From a virus (Duplodnaviria; Heunggongvirae; Uroviricota; Caudoviricetes), in the IMG/VR virus record IMGVR_UViG_3300028805_000047: DNA of 64,000 nucleotides; one strand, given 5' to 3'. A model generated the notes under the pieces. The model was not told where the DNA came from and made no database searches. It worked only from the letters and a program-made list of their open reading frames with translations. Below are positions 1 to 10,591 of this stretch, in pieces. A program made the translations under genes and the position numbers. The stretch's first letter is position 1, and every line of letters starts with the position of its first letter.

Positions 1-2
1 AC

Positions 3-380
3 GTATGCGATTCAGTCCTGGACTCATTGACGGTAAATAAGGATTTCTTTGCGACAGTTGAAGAGTCTAAGACGATATATGACTCAATTGTCGTTAAAAA
101 CAAGATAGAGGAAATAAACGCCGTATGTAACTCAGACAAGTATTATAAGATAGGCGTGTCTTTGGAAATCGAGACTACATGGAACAGTGAAGAAGAATAT
201 GACGAAGACGGACCTTGCGGATATATGAAGACAGATGAGGAAGTCAATGAAAAGAAAATTATTATAGCCGCTGTCAGAGGCAATGAGGCTATAGCAATTG
301 AAAAGAACCTGTGGGATGAATATATTGACGAATTTGTAGACAACGAACTTGACATACTTGAAAACGAATTTGAAAAATAA
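3..380 (+). CDS. hypothetical acidic protein (5'-partial)
   Basis: Frame is open from the window edge to TAA at 380. Confidence 0.7.
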   Translation, partial: VCDSVLDSLTVNKDFFATVEESKTIYDSIVVKNKIEEINAVCNSDKYYKIGVSLEIETTWNSEEEYDEDGPCGYMKTDEEVNEKKIIIAAVRGNEAIAIEKNLWDEYIDEFVDNELDILENEFEK

Positions 381-420
381 TATTACTAAATATGCCATAA
401 CAAAATTAAACCTAAAAATC

Positions 421-708
421 ATGGAAAATTTAAAAACTTTTAATGCCTTCTGTGAAGGTGCTGACGTGACTCCAGAACCTAACAAGGCTGCATTGATTAA
501 CAAGGCCAAACAGAACATTGGTAATGAATACCGCATAGAACAGGCAGGATGGCAGGGCGATCATTGGCAGAGCGAATGGGGAGAAATTGAAGAAAAAGGT
601 GTTCGCAGACACATGGGTGATGATGATGAATACGGTTTCTTGGATGTTTGGAACGACATAGATGTCTATGTCCTTGAGGAAATCCTTAATAATATTTTGG
701 AAAAATAA
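421..708 (+). CDS. putative virion internal protein (CTS-like N-terminus MENLKTFNAFCE)
   Basis: ATG at 421 after A-rich leader; N-terminal motif shared with many late proteins. Confidence 0.65.
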   Translation: MENLKTFNAFCEGADVTPEPNKAALINKAKQNIGNEYRIEQAGWQGDHWQSEWGEIEEKGVRRHMGDDDEYGFLDVWNDIDVYVLEEILNNILEK

Positions 709-742
709 AACATGGTTCAAAAGTTCCGGTAATATTGTTTTT

Positions 743-849
743 TATAAATATCTATAGTTAAACACTGTTATGACGCCGGAAATTCTATCTATTTCTTCCA
801 TCGTATCCGGCGTTTTGCGGACTTGGTCGACATCTCCAAGTCCGTTTTT
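743..849 (+). ncRNA. candidate small structured RNA: late-type promoter, hairpin, intrinsic terminator
   Basis: TATAAATA 743-750; stem GACGCCGGA(772-780)/TCCGGCGT(806-813); second stem GCGGACTTGG/CCAAGTCCGT plus T-tract. Confidence 0.35.
817..849 (+). terminator. rho-independent terminator
   Basis: GCGGACTTGG-loop-CCAAGTCCGT followed by T-run. Confidence 0.8.
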
Positions 850-864
850 ATTTTTATATTTTTT

Positions 865-936
865 AAAAAATTTTTCAAAAATTGATCCAACTTTCAAAAA
901 TCTGTATTATATTTACCTCAACAAATTAATATTAAC
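865..936 (+). promoter_or_regulatory. conserved early promoter cassette, copy 1
   Basis: AAAAATTTTTCAA..TTGATCCAACTTTCAAAAA..GTATTATATTTACCTCAACAAATTAATATTAACA; 6 intergenic copies, each just upstream of an ATG. Confidence 0.8.
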
Positions 937-954
937 AAATTAAAACTTACAACG

Positions 955-1176
955 ATGGAGGACAAAGAATTACATACTACGAGGAATTACACACGTACTG
1001 TAAGTGATGTTACATGGTGCTACGTAGTGACGATAGTACTTGCAATTATGAAGGCATTCGGATGTATCGACGCATCTTGGAGCGTGGTCATGTCTCCAAT
1101 AATCATACCATATGCAATTGTCTTTCTATTATGGCTGTTCCTTGTAATCCTGAAAATCATCAAGAAGATATCTTAA
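955..1176 (+). CDS. small membrane protein
   Basis: Two hydrophobic stretches and a basic C-terminus; downstream of promoter cassette. Confidence 0.7.
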   Translation: MEDKELHTTRNYTRTVSDVTWCYVVTIVLAIMKAFGCIDASWSVVMSPIIIPYAIVFLLWLFLVILKIIKKIS

Positions 1177-1201
1177 AATTAACATTAAATTATATTCAGC
1201 T

Positions 1202-1498
1202 ATGGCAAAGAAAAGTTCAATATGGGTCGGTAAAGAAGCCTACCAGTATTTACTGACATTATCAATAACTCAAAGATGTGGTTACAAGCCTGATACAGAA
1301 ACTTTGGATAAGAAGTGGAAGACAAAATTGTCAACAGCAGGTACCAATGGCATGGTACAGTTGACGGATAATGATCTTGGAGGAGCAGATTCAGTCGGAA
1401 TCTGGTATAGCTGGTCTCTTGACGACATGAAGTACTTCTTAAAAAGAAAAGGCTTGAAATGGCAGAGAGGCAAGATGGTCGAATATGTCGGTATCTGA
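1202..1498 (+). CDS. hypothetical protein
   Basis: ORF in tightly packed + strand array. Confidence 0.7.
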   Translation: MAKKSSIWVGKEAYQYLLTLSITQRCGYKPDTETLDKKWKTKLSTAGTNGMVQLTDNDLGGADSVGIWYSWSLDDMKYFLKRKGLKWQRGKMVEYVGI

Positions 1499-1531
1499 CG
1501 TTATTATTGATTAACATTAATATTAAAGATT

Positions 1532-2404
1532 ATGAAATTTGAGGTTGTAAAGAATAATAAGAGCATTACGAAATGCCTTGATGCCGTTGTCAAGTATGAC
1601 TGCAAAGACGGTTCCGATTTTCTTTTGTCATATGACGAGGTTAATGAATATGTAAAGAGCAAGAACCTCTTTGAAGACCTTGTTGACGGAACTTTTGTCA
1701 TCAAGCGCATAGGCATAAAGATTGTCACCTTGTGGAATGACGGGCATGAAAGCAAAATCAAAAAAGAATTTACAGTGTACCATAATTCGATAGGCGTGCG
1801 TACCAACTATAAAAAGAAATATGTTGTTTCAATATGTCACGACAGAAATGAGAAATACTTCGAACAGGCATGTTCGGAAGTCAAGAAAATTTCATGCTAC
1901 ATCTTTATAGACGATTTCAATAAAGGAATATCTCAGGATTATCTGGTAAGATCCGTAACTCCTGATGAATTCAAGGTTTCAAATAGAGGCGGAAAGCAGA
2001 AAGCGACAAGAGAGATAGAACAGAATTGGAGCGAGTCTGTGGACAAGCTGGTCGCATACAGGGGATTGCCGTCCGACAACTACATCAGCAGCTACCTTAA
2101 CTCATGCAAATTGTCGACAGGCAACAGGGATAAGTCTGCTAAGTCGTCAAAGATAAACGAACTGCTGCAGATTCCGTTGAAGCAGTCGAGCGAGAAGCAG
2201 CAGACATATCTGTTGAAGCTTCTTGACGGCCGGTGCACAAACCTTGATGTGTCTCTCCTTAACACCTATCAGAGTGGCGCATTGATAGACAACCTGACAT
2301 ATGAACCTGTTTCAGGCGCCGACTGTGTTCAAAATGAGGAACAGTTTTTGGAACTGTATACATTCTTCCTTAAAAGACAATGGGAAGGAATCAAAAATTT
2401 TTAA
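1532..2404 (+). CDS. hypothetical protein
   Basis: 290-aa ORF. Confidence 0.8.
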   Translation: MKFEVVKNNKSITKCLDAVVKYDCKDGSDFLLSYDEVNEYVKSKNLFEDLVDGTFVIKRIGIKIVTLWNDGHESKIKKEFTVYHNSIGVRTNYKKKYVVSICHDRNEKYFEQACSEVKKISCYIFIDDFNKGISQDYLVRSVTPDEFKVSNRGGKQKATREIEQNWSESVDKLVAYRGLPSDNYISSYLNSCKLSTGNRDKSAKSSKINELLQIPLKQSSEKQQTYLLKLLDGRCTNLDVSLLNTYQSGALIDNLTYEPVSGADCVQNEEQFLELYTFFLKRQWEGIKNF

Positions 2405-2496
2405 TATTAAACTAAATAATGGGTGTTGTTTATTATAAATTAGTTTAATGATTATAAGTAACACAATAGTTATATCAAATAAAATCTTAAATAATT

Positions 2497-3234
2497 ATGG
2501 CAAAAGAAAGAAAATTGAAAATTGGGAATTTTGAAATCGTTTGCTGGAAGGATTTTCCTTGTTTTAGACTGACATTCGCAAAGTGCGGATATTTCGACGG
2601 AAGACCTGAAATAAAAATTGGTGCCATCTTTTGGACCATCGTAATAAAATTGCCGTTCATAAACAAGAAATGGGAAGAGGAATGCGATGCGCCGGAGTAC
2701 GGTATCGCAATACACAATAACTCATTCTGGTTGTATTATGGTGGTAAAGGCAATATGAACGGAGGCACAAAGTGGATTGCATGGGACATTCCGTTTGTCA
2801 CCCGTTGTTTTTACAAGTATGAAGTCTGGTGTAAGGACGGAAACTGGCTTGACGCTACAGACCATTCCGTGTATGAGAAGCAGGTAGGCTACTTGAATTA
2901 TTGTGATAAGGATAAGCGTCCTACAGACGCCGCAGTATATGAAGGTGTCTGGAAGGATTTCGACGGTGAAGAAGTTCCTGCAATATACCGTCTCGAAAGA
3001 AGGACATGGAGACGAAAATGGCTGATGTGGACAAAATTATTTGACATGCAATCTACAGATATAGAGGTTTCATTTAAGACCGATGTAGGAAGGAGTAAGA
3101 ATTCTTGGAAAGGAGGAGTATGTTGTACAGGTTTCAAGATTAAACCTGGCGAACTCGTCCATGAATGCTTTGAAAGGGCAAACAGAGAAGAAAATGAAAA
3201 AGGCTTGAACATAAATGATGTACAATTATGTTAG
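2497..3234 (+). CDS. hypothetical Trp-rich phage protein
   Basis: 245-aa ORF. Confidence 0.8.
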   Translation: MAKERKLKIGNFEIVCWKDFPCFRLTFAKCGYFDGRPEIKIGAIFWTIVIKLPFINKKWEEECDAPEYGIAIHNNSFWLYYGGKGNMNGGTKWIAWDIPFVTRCFYKYEVWCKDGNWLDATDHSVYEKQVGYLNYCDKDKRPTDAAVYEGVWKDFDGEEVPAIYRLERRTWRRKWLMWTKLFDMQSTDIEVSFKTDVGRSKNSWKGGVCCTGFKIKPGELVHECFERANREENEKGLNINDVQLC

Positions 3235-3782
3235 GAGAACTTACAACAAGCGATGCTCTGCATGAAGAGCTTAGAAAAAAGAATGAGAAACTCAATAAGG
3301 AAAATCCTGATTTGAAGTTTGACTACAGGGACTGGCTTCCTACGGAAAATCCTGTAAAAGGTGTGTACATAGGAAACTATCAGTTTATGTCGTTTCTTTA
3401 CGACCAGACTAAGGATTTAGGTCAGGATTTCTGGTGGTCTTTCAATGAAAGCGACTACTGCAGGATGGAGAATGGAAAGCTTGTAAAGAATAAGGAGTAC
3501 CTTGGTAGTTGCTATGGTTTATGCGATAACTATGGACAGGCGTTGAAGTACCTGAAGAAGTACGTGTCATGTAAGGATAAGACTTTCGTAGTATACATGC
3601 ATCCAATCTGGCAGGAAAAGGAGAATGCTGGCAAATACGGCGGGTTCCGACCTTACAAGAACGGCGAGTACATAGGAAAGTACAAAGAGGAAATAGAGTC
3701 GTGTGAGTATTTCGACGATATTGATTTTCCTGATGATTTTCCTGGTTATATCTATTCCTTCCATGCAATAAGAATAAATTGA
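3228..3782 (+). CDS. hypothetical protein
   Basis: 184-aa ORF overlapping upstream stop. Confidence 0.8.
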   Translation: MLGELTTSDALHEELRKKNEKLNKENPDLKFDYRDWLPTENPVKGVYIGNYQFMSFLYDQTKDLGQDFWWSFNESDYCRMENGKLVKNKEYLGSCYGLCDNYGQALKYLKKYVSCKDKTFVVYMHPIWQEKENAGKYGGFRPYKNGEYIGKYKEEIESCEYFDDIDFPDDFPGYIYSFHAIRIN

Positions 3783-3783
3783 C

Positions 3784-4164
3784 ATGACAAAAGAAGAAAG
3801 ACAAATATTACTTGAATATCTTTGTACTATGGTTCCATATGGGATTATAGTAGTAGATATATCTTTACCACCTACAAGAATACGGACGCATAAATTGCTT
3901 GGTGTGGATTTATTGAACGGTGACCGTATTGATGCAGGTGATTATTACCACAACAGTTATTCAACTTTAAACATTAGGCCATACTTGCGTTCAATGTCAA
4001 GTATGACAGATAAAGAGAAGGATACTTATGATAAATTGGTTATGTGTAACAAACCTTGGATAGCCGTTAATTGGCTTAACAAACACTATTTCGACTATCT
4101 TGGACTTATTAAATCAGGTCTTGCCCTTGAAGCGCCTGAAGGGATATATAACTTAAATAGTTAA
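3784..4164 (+). CDS. paralog family A (LCARLPYG/PYLRSMSSMT/GLALEAP), copy 1
   Basis: Conserved blocks shared with 11423, 12156, 14144, 14940. Confidence 0.85.
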   Translation: MTKEERQILLEYLCTMVPYGIIVVDISLPPTRIRTHKLLGVDLLNGDRIDAGDYYHNSYSTLNIRPYLRSMSSMTDKEKDTYDKLVMCNKPWIAVNWLNKHYFDYLGLIKSGLALEAPEGIYNLNS

Positions 4165-4168
4165 AATT

Positions 4169-4516
4169 ATGGCTACTTATATTCAATTTTTATCATATAA
4201 ACGAAAACTGCCTTGGTATAAAAGGATTCTGTTCCCGTTATTCTTGAATAAGAAGGAATGTGATGATTTTGTCAAGAGATTCTGTGTTGAGCAGACAACA
4301 ATGGAAAAATATCAGGATTTATTATACTTCGCATATAAGAAATACGAAGAGGATCCTTGTTATGAGAATCAGCAGACTATAAAATTTTATGAAGATCTAA
4401 TCAAATTTGAAAGACAATATCAAAGAAGAGAGGCTGAACGACAATATCATAAAATAGCAGGAAAGCAATTAAATGATAATTACCATAAAAATTCCATTTA
4501 TCCATCTATACAATAA
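4169..4516 (+). CDS. hypothetical protein
   Basis: ORF in array. Confidence 0.7.
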   Translation: MATYIQFLSYKRKLPWYKRILFPLFLNKKECDDFVKRFCVEQTTMEKYQDLLYFAYKKYEEDPCYENQQTIKFYEDLIKFERQYQRREAERQYHKIAGKQLNDNYHKNSIYPSIQ

Positions 4517-4548
4517 TATTGTTTTTATAAAATATAAATTTCCTAAAT

Positions 4549-4863
4549 ATGAGTTGGAGAAATAATACTGATTTTGATGTTAAATGGCTGAGACAAAATG
4601 AGTTTCTTAACAATGAATCTGGAATGTTCAGATATAGGGAGCTCATGGACTTCAATGGATCAAAGGTGATAAAAGTTTTAATCACAATCGATCTTGAAAT
4701 ACCATCCGTCAGCGGAATTTTCTTTCAATATTGTGATTCACATGGACATTTAGAACATTGTGAATACAATGGTGAAATAATATCAAAGAAAAAACTAATA
4801 CTGCTTCTGAAAGCAATTTATCCTGACTTGGCAAAGAAGTTTAACGATAAAATAGAGGAATAA
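4549..4863 (+). CDS. hypothetical protein
   Basis: ORF in array. Confidence 0.7.
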   Translation: MSWRNNTDFDVKWLRQNEFLNNESGMFRYRELMDFNGSKVIKVLITIDLEIPSVSGIFFQYCDSHGHLEHCEYNGEIISKKKLILLLKAIYPDLAKKFNDKIEE

Positions 4864-4915
4864 AATAGATTGAAAAAATAATACTGATTTTGATGTTAAA
4901 TAAAAGTCAAGAATT

Positions 4916-5527
4916 ATGATAAAGGAATTCATATTCAAAAGAAAAGTAATACGGTTCTTCAAAAGATTGGCGTCGCTGAAGGCTTTCGGTTACTGTACAT
5001 ACGAGAACAGGCACTTCGACGACCGTTACCTCATACATATAACAAAATCCTGGCAGCTTGACGTGATTGAGGAGCTTGACGCATACGAAGCATTTAAAGG
5101 TTTTAAGATAAGATATCCTGAGAACAGCGACGAATGGATTGACCTTAAAATGGTCTTCTCACTCATAACACATAATAAAATTATCAAGCTTACTGACAAA
5201 TCCGACAGCATACATAATGCAAAGATGTACTTCGGAAAGGACGGTTTCGAGATACACGCATACGATGACTGTGACGAAATCATACGCATTAGTATGGCTT
5301 CTTTTGATAAGTTTCAGAATCGGAAATGTAAGTCGAATAAGGACACAATGACATACAAGCTTTCAATAAAGGAACAGGAAAGGCAATGGATGTTCAATGA
5401 CGTACATTGTCATTGCGGAGGCCATACTGAGACAATATTTGTTACAAACAATATCGGGATGTGCACAAAGATGCGGTGTACCGGCTGCAGAGAAGAAGTC
5501 GATATTACCGATGTGAATTGCTGGTAG
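4916..5527 (+). CDS. hypothetical protein with C-terminal Zn-ribbon-like motif
   Basis: CHCGG...CTGC. Confidence 0.7.
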   Translation: MIKEFIFKRKVIRFFKRLASLKAFGYCTYENRHFDDRYLIHITKSWQLDVIEELDAYEAFKGFKIRYPENSDEWIDLKMVFSLITHNKIIKLTDKSDSIHNAKMYFGKDGFEIHAYDDCDEIIRISMASFDKFQNRKCKSNKDTMTYKLSIKEQERQWMFNDVHCHCGGHTETIFVTNNIGMCTKMRCTGCREEVDITDVNCW

Positions 5528-5586
5528 AATTGATATATTGATTATTATAGTTTAAATTTTATAAAAACAATTAAAAGAGTATAATT

Positions 5587-6048
5587 ATGGATAGAAAAGA
5601 AGCAGTAGAAATTGTAAGAAAGAATTTTCCTGACAGCAGCTTCACTATGTTGCGTAAGGCACTGAAAATCTTAATCCCCGAACTCAAAGAGAGTGAGGAT
5701 GAACGAATAAAACAAGCACTATTAGAATTCTTTTCAGCTGGAGCAAAGAATAATGAAACGACTTGTGATATTCCTGACTCTAAAATTGTTTCTTGGCTTG
5801 AAAAGCAAGGCAAGAAATCCGAATGGAGTGAAGAGGATGAATTAAATCACAAACAGGCAATATATGTGTGTCATCAAAATGGATATACTGCTGTTGAAAA
5901 TTGGCTTAAATCACTTAAACCACAAAATAAATGGAAACCAAGTGAGGAACAAATGCAGACAATTCACATGTTAATGACGTCAGCTTCATCATTTCCTGAA
6001 GATAAACGTGTACTTACGGCTCTATATGAAGATTTATTAAAATTATAA
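5587..6048 (+). CDS. paralog family B (PELKESEDERIK), copy 1
   Basis: Shares ELKESEDERIK...WLEK with 16344..16646. Confidence 0.8.
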   Translation: MDRKEAVEIVRKNFPDSSFTMLRKALKILIPELKESEDERIKQALLEFFSAGAKNNETTCDIPDSKIVSWLEKQGKKSEWSEEDELNHKQAIYVCHQNGYTAVENWLKSLKPQNKWKPSEEQMQTIHMLMTSASSFPEDKRVLTALYEDLLKL

Positions 6049-6054
6049 GTCACT

Positions 6055-6288
6055 ATGGCATTCTTAATACCGTGCTCAGTTTCTTGTAAACTCGACAATG
6101 ACATAGATTTTGTAAAAGGTAAAAAATATCTGTGTACGTCAAATTTATACTTTGCACCTAACGGATATTCATGGACTAAAGGAAAAGTCTACGAATGTAC
6201 ACAGTCTTACAGTATTCCATGTAACAATAATATACAGATAAGTCAATGGAAGATAGTTTCAAGATATTTGAATTTTAAAGAGATATAG
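6055..6288 (+). CDS. hypothetical protein with internal repeat (KGKKYLCT/KGKVYECT)
   Basis: ORF; short duplicated motif. Confidence 0.65.
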   Translation: MAFLIPCSVSCKLDNDIDFVKGKKYLCTSNLYFAPNGYSWTKGKVYECTQSYSIPCNNNIQISQWKIVSRYLNFKEI

Positions 6289-6348
6289 AATTTATATTTC
6301 GGTTATTATGATTTAAAAACAATTAATAAAATATAAATTAAACATAAT

Positions 6349-6906
6349 ATGACTGTAAAAGAAACTGTTAGAGAGAATCTGTTAAATTATCCGCTCTTGT
6401 TCAAGAATGCTCTTAATGTCTATGATCATCTTTTCTGTGTATGCGGCAACGGCTACAGGTGGAAAGATGGTGAACTAGTTTCGAAATACACAAATAGAGT
6501 AGTGAAGACGAAAGCAGGAGCAATGTTCTGCCAGATTAAAAATCTCATAACGGACAGGATGAAGTGGAAGGTATTGAAGCTTACGGGACCAGTGAATGCA
6601 ACAAGGGCGATAATGCGCAGAGGACGTATATTAGTCTCTCGTATCTTAGATGTTGACAAGAACATCAATGACTTCAGCATCAAAGTTGATGAAGAGATGT
6701 ATAAATATTTCAAAGACTACAAGTTCAGCTTCTATCCTTTGTGTGAATACTCAGCGATATGCAATCTTCCAGATGACATAAAATCAGACTGGCTAGAAGC
6801 TGCTAAGAAGATGTATGAGATCATGGTTGCGAATCCAGATGCTCTTGATAGTGGTAAGAGATGGTTGCCAATCATAAAAGAACGAATTGAAGAACTTGAA
6901 AGCTAG
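6349..6906 (+). CDS. hypothetical protein
   Basis: 185-aa ORF. Confidence 0.75.
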   Translation: MTVKETVRENLLNYPLLFKNALNVYDHLFCVCGNGYRWKDGELVSKYTNRVVKTKAGAMFCQIKNLITDRMKWKVLKLTGPVNATRAIMRRGRILVSRILDVDKNINDFSIKVDEEMYKYFKDYKFSFYPLCEYSAICNLPDDIKSDWLEAAKKMYEIMVANPDALDSGKRWLPIIKERIEELES

Positions 6907-6962
6907 ACAATAAGTTTTCAATGACATTCAAATATCCTGAATATTCATAATACTAAGAATTG

Positions 6963-7040
6963 TAAAAAATTTTCCAAGATTTTGATCCAACTTTTAAAAA
7001 GTCGTATTATATTTACCTCAACAAATTAATATTAACATTA
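6963..7040 (+). promoter_or_regulatory. conserved early promoter cassette, copy 2
   Basis: Near-identical to copy 1. Confidence 0.8.
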
Positions 7041-7051
7041 ATGAGGAAATT

Positions 7052-7816
7052 ATGGAAACAATAGGATTTGGAGGTACATATTACACGTTATGGTATGTAT
7101 ATGAAAACGACGGATATGTTCATTATGACTACGTTAAAAACATATCGACTGACGAAGAGAAGGCTAAAAGACTTTATCCTGAAGCCGACATCGATATGAG
7201 TCTCAAAGGTAATCACAGCTTTACAAGAAAAATAGAAGATTCTTTGGAGAATGACTGCTTCAAAGGAGGTATGTATAAAGGTGTGAAATTCGAGAATTGC
7301 CATGATGATGACTATATGCTGTGGTGGTATAACAATGGAGGGAGCTGCGATTGTCTTAGACAGGTTTTGGAAAGCCGTGGATACAAGTTCTATGACGACA
7401 GAATGATGACTGAAGAAGAATATACGAAGTTTACTCAACGTGACAAAACTCGTGAAGATGAAGCTTTTAATATCAATAAGGCGCTTGAGAAATCTCTGCC
7501 ATTCACATGTTCGTCGTCGAACAGTGTAAGATGCGATTACGGCTATCCGTTACCTGACAGCTGTCAGCTTGTTCTTGATAGGATAAATGATATTGAGATT
7601 GAGCACACGAATGTCGTTCTTATGTTTAAGGAGTATAAGGAAACATTTTACAGAATTTTGCCGTGCCGTAATGGAAAAGGTGTCGTTGTAAGGAATAAGA
7701 ATATCGAAGTGACGGATTATATTGTTATGACAAGGACATTTCTTACAAGTGTTTCTTATTACATAATAGTAAATGATTTCAGGATTATTAAGGACAAAGC
7801 GGCAAAGAGCGAATAA
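7052..7816 (+). CDS. hypothetical protein
   Basis: 254-aa ORF after promoter cassette. Confidence 0.8.
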   Translation: METIGFGGTYYTLWYVYENDGYVHYDYVKNISTDEEKAKRLYPEADIDMSLKGNHSFTRKIEDSLENDCFKGGMYKGVKFENCHDDDYMLWWYNNGGSCDCLRQVLESRGYKFYDDRMMTEEEYTKFTQRDKTREDEAFNINKALEKSLPFTCSSSNSVRCDYGYPLPDSCQLVLDRINDIEIEHTNVVLMFKEYKETFYRILPCRNGKGVVVRNKNIEVTDYIVMTRTFLTSVSYYIIVNDFRIIKDKAAKSE

Positions 7817-7971
7817 GAAGATGAGATGCTTACATCAGATGACTTAAAGGAGTCTGCTATGAAATGTGCTGAAGCTGAAAGATGTTTCGGAATCTTGAAG
7901 GATGATGAAAATGTGAAGCAGATATAGAGTTATATATAACAAATTAGTATTAACATTAAAATTAAACGGAT

Positions 7972-8490
7972 ATGAAAGAAGTTGTAGAAAGTGAAACAAA
8001 GACTGTGACGGTTGAAAAGACCAAATATGTCGCATGTGACGGCATGGAATTCACAAACCGCGTAGATTGCCTCCGTCATGAAATCAAGTCAAAAGCAAAC
8101 GAGTATTGGACCAAATTCTCAGTCATTAAACTTGTACCTGAAATAAATGGAATCTACCAAGACTTAGAAGAGATTCTTGTACGGTACAATGAAAAGTATG
8201 ATGCCGAATTTCGTGAATTCCTCAAGTATTTCGAGGTAGTAACAATTTATGGAAACGCACGATATCTTCGTGATATTCGTAAAAAAGATTTGGATGATTT
8301 TGAAGCAACAATAGACAATTACAAGTTTGTTGACGACGAATATTACAAAGTAATCATAAATGATATCCGTAATGAGGATGCTTGTGATACGTTCGGAATT
8401 GTTATCGAGGATTCGGAAATGCATCGTAAAAGGATTCTTGATATGATTAAGGAGTATGAGGAATCATTCGATAAAAAATTTGAATTGTAA
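7972..8490 (+). CDS. hypothetical protein
   Basis: ORF; leader (7939-7971) matches the 3' half of the promoter cassette. Confidence 0.75.
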   Translation: MKEVVESETKTVTVEKTKYVACDGMEFTNRVDCLRHEIKSKANEYWTKFSVIKLVPEINGIYQDLEEILVRYNEKYDAEFREFLKYFEVVTIYGNARYLRDIRKKDLDDFEATIDNYKFVDDEYYKVIINDIRNEDACDTFGIVIEDSEMHRKRILDMIKEYEESFDKKFEL

Positions 8491-8577
8491 AAATTTTTCA
8501 AGATTTTGATCCAACTTTCAAAATGTTGTATTATATTTACCTCAATAAATTAATATTAACATTAAAATTAAACGGAT
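8488..8577 (+). promoter_or_regulatory. conserved early promoter cassette, copy 3
   Basis: Near-identical repeat. Confidence 0.8.
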
Positions 8578-9066
8578 ATGAAAGCACAGAAGATATGCAT
8601 GCCTGGAGATATGAAGTCTTACATCCTTAGTGACGACTTCTATATGTTCCGTAATGACCCTGAAGAAAAAGAATGGGCCAAGAAGGCAATCAAGTTCATA
8701 GAAGATGGAAAATCATGGTATATTTCACCTGAAGTCTTAAAATTGCAGCAGGTAAAGAGACGTGAATACATCGACTTTTCAAAATGCTCAACAATCGATG
8801 AGATGATTGGTGTTTTGTATGATTTGAAGACAAAGGGATATTCAGATATCGAATGCGAGGAAACATATGATGACAAAGACATCATATACGACATCATATA
8901 CGCATACAAACTTGGCAAGGAAGACAAGCGTGAATATTCCGACAGGGTCGGCAATTACATAAAGGATGTCATCAGTTCATTAAAAGATGAAGAAAACCGC
9001 AAGAAACTTGAAAAGATTAAAAGCCTTGAAAACCAAATCAAGGAAATAAAAGATACATTGTATTAA
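8578..9066 (+). CDS. hypothetical protein with C-terminal coiled coil (weakly similar to 9581..10042)
   Basis: ORF; EDKREYSDRV vs EDKDELYSRL. Confidence 0.75.
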   Translation: MKAQKICMPGDMKSYILSDDFYMFRNDPEEKEWAKKAIKFIEDGKSWYISPEVLKLQQVKRREYIDFSKCSTIDEMIGVLYDLKTKGYSDIECEETYDDKDIIYDIIYAYKLGKEDKREYSDRVGNYIKDVISSLKDEENRKKLEKIKSLENQIKEIKDTLY

Positions 9067-9078
9067 ATTATAATAGTT

Positions 9079-9555
9079 ATGAAACAGCATAAATGTGACG
9101 GATGCCTAAACTTCAATCCTGAAAAAATCTGTGAAAAAAGAAAACATGATATGTCCTGTTATGAGACTTATGATACCGTACAGCACACTATAAGTCCTTC
9201 AGCACACAAACTGTTTACAGAACTTGAAAGAGGCGACGAACTGTTTCAATGGGAATTCAAGAGAGGTAAGAATTCATTTCCTACCATGACCTTTAATAAA
9301 ATAGATATTAGACGGATCGACAAATGTAAGGATGGCAGCATAAATGTTTTAGGAGACCGTCTTGCGACATATCTGTTGAGGTATAGCGAGTCAAGCTTTT
9401 ATGCATGGTGGTGTGAAACAAACAATTCGATATGTGCGTTCTCGACATACATGTCAACACCAGATGAAATCCTGAATGATGCGTTATGCTGCATTCAGGC
9501 GGATCTTGCAGAAATAGGCAATTTAAAGAAATGCGACAATCTTTGTCACAAGTAG
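9079..9555 (+). CDS. paralog family C (KLFxxLxxGD...CxFST), copy 1
   Basis: Motifs shared with 10075 and 10592. Confidence 0.75.
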   Translation: MKQHKCDGCLNFNPEKICEKRKHDMSCYETYDTVQHTISPSAHKLFTELERGDELFQWEFKRGKNSFPTMTFNKIDIRRIDKCKDGSINVLGDRLATYLLRYSESSFYAWWCETNNSICAFSTYMSTPDEILNDALCCIQADLAEIGNLKKCDNLCHK

Positions 9556-9580
9556 TAAGAACCAAAATAAAGTGGAAATT

Positions 9581-10042
9581 ATGGAAACAATGGCTATGAA
9601 GGATTTAATTAGAAAAGAGCTTATCTCAGATATGTTTGAGACTTATAAGTATTTTGGCATTACAAGGGATATTGTCACTTCTGTAATAGACAGAACATTA
9701 TCTGATGAAGATTACAATGCCAAAAACGTAAAGAAACAAATTGAGATTTCTAATGACATGTTGTTTGGAAAATCTATTACAGATGTCTGTACTTACTTAA
9801 AATCGCTTGAAGAGAAATACGGCAAAGGCACGGTTGAAGAAATATGGAGTTCTTATGAAGAAAACTATTTTGTCTATGAATATGATTCCATTGAAGATAA
9901 AGATGAACTGTATTCAAGATTAAGCCGTGTTGTATATGAAGCTATTTTAGAAGAAAAAGACAGAATGGAAGCCGAGCAAAAAAGATTAGACAGGATGGCA
10001 AGAATTGAAAGTGAATTAGCAACTTTAAAGGAAGAACTATAA
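9581..10042 (+). CDS. hypothetical protein with C-terminal coiled coil
   Basis: ORF; ATG at 9581 preferred. Confidence 0.75.
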   Translation: METMAMKDLIRKELISDMFETYKYFGITRDIVTSVIDRTLSDEDYNAKNVKKQIEISNDMLFGKSITDVCTYLKSLEEKYGKGTVEEIWSSYEENYFVYEYDSIEDKDELYSRLSRVVYEAILEEKDRMEAEQKRLDRMARIESELATLKEEL

Positions 10043-10074
10043 GTATTAAAATGTAAATTTAAAATATTATAGTT

Positions 10075-10482
10075 ATGGAAAAATCGAATAAACTATTTTC
10101 AGACCTTAAACCTGGTGATACTTTATATCATCTGATATTCAACTCAGACGGTAGCAAATGGATTCTTGAAAGATGCAACAAGCTTATTGTAATGTCGACA
10201 GAGATTGACGACAATGAATTTAAGAAAGAGCTTATAATGCATTGTGCAATATCCAATATCAAGCTTCCTGACTACATCTGCAATGTTGACACATATGGCA
10301 TTGATGATTGTGACTTAAATAAGTCAATCTGTACATGGTTTTCAGGGTCAGAGACACTATGTATGTTTTCAACCAGCGAACCTATGTGCATAAGCAATGA
10401 AATAAAGAAGATTCTGACAAGCTACAATCCTGTATGGCCTTCTGACGATGAAGAAGATACAGATAATGAAGATGATTTTTAA
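10075..10482 (+). CDS. paralog family C, copy 2
   Basis: KLFSDLKPGD...DTYGID...LCMFSTS. Confidence 0.8.
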   Translation: MEKSNKLFSDLKPGDTLYHLIFNSDGSKWILERCNKLIVMSTEIDDNEFKKELIMHCAISNIKLPDYICNVDTYGIDDCDLNKSICTWFSGSETLCMFSTSEPMCISNEIKKILTSYNPVWPSDDEEDTDNEDDF

Positions 10483-10500
10483 AATAAAATCATGAAAGAT

Positions 10501-10591
10501 GTAAAAATTTTTCAAGATTTTGATCCAACTTTCAAAAAGTCGTATTATATTTACCTCAACAAATTAGTATTAACATTAAAATTAAACGGAG
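10501..10591 (+). promoter_or_regulatory. conserved early promoter cassette, copy 4
   Basis: Near-identical repeat. Confidence 0.8.
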
